NCBI GenBank assembly: GCA_030167145.1
Contig: CP126532.1
Coordinates: 4,590,001 to 4,622,000 of the forward strand
DNA length: 32,000 bases
Direction: 5' to 3'
DNA from: Ktedonobacterales bacterium
GTDB lineage: Bacteria > Chloroflexota > Ktedonobacteria > Ktedonobacterales > JADMIN01
Shown here: piece after piece, positions 30,672 through 32,000 of the stretch
Numbering within the stretch: the stretch's first letter is position 1
How the letters are laid out: each line of letters starts with the position of its first letter
Made by a program: the position numbers and the translations under genes
Notes under the pieces: generated by a model
Databases searched by the model: none
The model's input: only the letters and a program-made list of their open reading frames with translations
What the model was told of the DNA's origin: nothing

Positions 30672-30735
30672 GCATATGAACCACATATGGTCGGACCGTG
30701 CGGAAATCTGCCACTGCCGCCGCGCAGGATGGCGA

Positions 30736-30741
30736 TATACT
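30736..30741 (+). promoter_or_regulatory. Possible proximal -10 element for tilS
   Basis: TATACT lies 57 nt upstream of the tilS ATG. There is no convincing -35 or TG extension. Confidence 0.25.
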
Positions 30742-30797
30742 TGGGGTGAGCCGCGCGGCGTCGCCGCGAACGTTCGAGAGGCTGGGGGATAAGGACA

Positions 30798-32000
30798 ATG
30801 GGACGCGCATCAACAGATCAGTATCGGGTCGAACAGATGGTGGCGCGGGCGGCAGCACGCGATGGCCTGTGGCAGCCCGGCGCGCGGCTGGTGCTAGCCG
30901 TCTCTGGCGGGCCGGACTCACTCTGCCTGCTGGGGGCGCTGCTGGCCTCGCGCGAGCGTGGAACCGCCTGCGCACCCGGGGATCTCGTGGTGGCGCACCT
31001 CGACCATGCCCTGCGCCCCGATGCCAGCGCCCAGGATGCCGAATGGGTTGCATCGTTCGCCTCAGATCTGGGGCTGCGCTTTGTGCTGGAACGCGCGGAC
31101 GTGCGCGCGCTGGCCCGGCAAGAGCGTCGCTCGCTCGAAGATGCCGCGCGAGTAGCTCGCTACGCCTTCCTGCGCAGAGTAGCGCAGGAAGTAGACGCCG
31201 AACGCATCTGCACCGGCCACACGCAGGACGACCAGGCCGAGACGGTGTTGCTGCATCTCGTGCGGGGCAGCGGGCTGGCCGGGCTGGCGGGCATGCGGCC
31301 ACTGGAAGGCGACGTAGCACGGCCACTGCTCGCGCTGACACGCGCCGACACCGTCGCCTACTGCGCCGCGCGCGGCTGGCAGCCGCTGGCCGACGAGAGC
31401 AACGCCGATCCGCGCTATCTGCGCAACCGCATCCGCCATGAATTGCTGCCACTGTTGGAGCAGTATAACCCCAACGTCCGCGCGACGCTGGCTCGCAATG
31501 CCGCGCTGCTCGCCGCCGATGAGGACTACCTCGACAAGCAGACAGAGGCCGCGTGGCCCGCTGTGGTAACGGCTGAGGACGCGGGCGGTGTCACATTCGC
31601 TCTGGATGCCCTGCGCGCGCAGCCATTGGCGCTGCGTCACCGGCTGCTACGTCGCGCTTGCCAGCGGCTCGTGGGCTACGAGCGCATGCCGGAAGCGCAA
31701 CATCTGGCAGCGGCGGACGATGTGATCGAGCGCAGCCAGAACGGCAAAGCGCTGGATCTCCCTGGCGGGCTGCGGCTGCGGCTCAGCTATCAAACCATGG
31801 CTATCGAGCGACGGACGCGGGATATGGCGGCGCTGGCATTGGCGGGTGGCGACGCGCGTGACGAAGTGCTGGCGCTGCCCATTCCAGGGACGCTAGACCT
31901 GCCGCGTCAGGGCTGGCGGCTGCGCGCCTGGCTGAGCGACCTGCCCCCTGGCAACCACAACGGCGATACCGGGGCCGCAGCCACGCTGCCAGCGTTTTCG
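30798..32000 (+). CDS. tilS: tRNA(Ile)-lysidine synthetase (3' end outside window)
   Basis: This ORF is absent from the supplied track, presumably because it has no stop inside the window. My translation from ATG 30798 gives ...RLVLAVSGGPDSLCLLGAL (PP-loop SGGxDS), HLDHALRP, TGHTQDDQAETVLLHLVRGSG, RPLL, NADPRYLRNRIRHELLP. The frame stays open to nt 32000. Confidence 0.9.
   Translation, partial: MGRASTDQYRVEQMVARAAARDGLWQPGARLVLAVSGGPDSLCLLGALLASRERGTACAPGDLVVAHLDHALRPDASAQDAEWVASFASDLGLRFVLERADVRALARQERRSLEDAARVARYAFLRRVAQEVDAERICTGHTQDDQAETVLLHLVRGSGLAGLAGMRPLEGDVARPLLALTRADTVAYCAARGWQPLADESNADPRYLRNRIRHELLPLLEQYNPNVRATLARNAALLAADEDYLDKQTEAAWPAVVTAEDAGGVTFALDALRAQPLALRHRLLRRACQRLVGYERMPEAQHLAAADDVIERSQNGKALDLPGGLRLRLSYQTMAIERRTRDMAALALAGGDARDEVLALPIPGTLDLPRQGWRLRAWLSDLPPGNHNGDTGAAATLPAFS

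Noticed and set aside
30283-30720. Possible CRISPR array
   Set aside because: The repeats are of several unrelated types and lengths (9, 13, 20-31 and 25 nt), their spacing is irregular, and no cas genes are present. This does not fit a repeat-spacer architecture.
30265-30792. 175-aa plus-strand ORF covering the whole repeat region (contains HIGHIGHIGHSGH and RQNRQLR/RQNRKL) and ending 6 nt before tilS
   Set aside because: The odd peptide repeats are simply the 9-bp and 25-bp DNA repeats read in frame. Third-codon positions are visibly less G/C-biased than in neighbouring genes, and rare codons (TTA, ATA, AGA) occur. REP hairpins lie inside the ORF and there is no RBS. It stays worth a ribosome-profiling check, because its end abuts tilS.
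30439-31452. 337-aa minus-strand ORF and 247-aa plus-strand ORF (30698..31441) overlapping tilS
   Set aside because: Their translations are extreme Arg/Ala/Pro strings. The third plus frame contains an unmistakable TilS (SGGPDS PP-loop) that stays open to the window end, so these are shadows.
1-32000. tRNA, rRNA, tmRNA, transposase, integrase, prophage or toxin-antitoxin pairs
   Set aside because: I saw no T-loop or anticodon-arm-like cloverleaf candidates, no rRNA-like conserved stretches, and no ORF with DDE, tyrosine-recombinase or serine-recombinase motifs. Absence was judged by eye only.

Overview
GC-rich bacterial chromosomal segment. The protein content resembles Chloroflexota/Ktedonobacteria, but that is an unverified impression. 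I call 27 protein-coding genes. Housekeeping genes: a partial class I aminotransferase, leuS, coaD, hutI and a partial tilS. Accessory genes include:
- a padR-modA-modB-mop cluster;
- a three-gene ABC-2 transporter;
- a CBS/zinc-ribbon protein;
- a DUF2419 (Qng1-like) queuosine-salvage homologue;
- DUF899, a VOC protein and an M3 oligoendopeptidase;
- a secreted 7-bladed beta-propeller;
- a membrane-anchored HEPN-like protein;
- an FAD oxidoreductase and a SnoaL-like protein;
- an ArsR-like regulator followed by an MFS transporter;
- two surface or signalling proteins with long low-complexity regions.

I found no rRNA, tRNA, CRISPR array, transposase, integrase or phage genes. Most long ORFs in the track that overlap these genes are antisense or off-frame shadows typical of high-GC DNA.

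Noncoding content I can support: a complete Leu-type T-box leader (promoter, T-box box, terminator) ahead of leuS; several sigma70-like promoters, often with a TGn extended -10 or a TATACT -10; hairpins at convergent gene ends; and a dispersed family of REP-like hairpins (GT[AG]G head plus a GGCGGACA-loop-TGTCTGCC palindrome), found only in intergenic DNA.

I do not see a clear multi-gene novel system such as a defence island. The most unusual locus is 29.97-30.80 kb. It has an AT-rich divergent promoter pair, then a ~70-nt promoter-to-terminator unit with no ORF (candidate sRNA or attenuator), then a ~440-bp stack of REP hairpins, 9-bp tandem repeats and phased TCGGC motifs just upstream of tilS. 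Secondary leads are the membrane-anchored HEPN protein with its own promoter, and a receiver-like / NPF-FG-rich disordered / MshEN-like protein. All functional calls come from motif recognition by eye; no searches were run.
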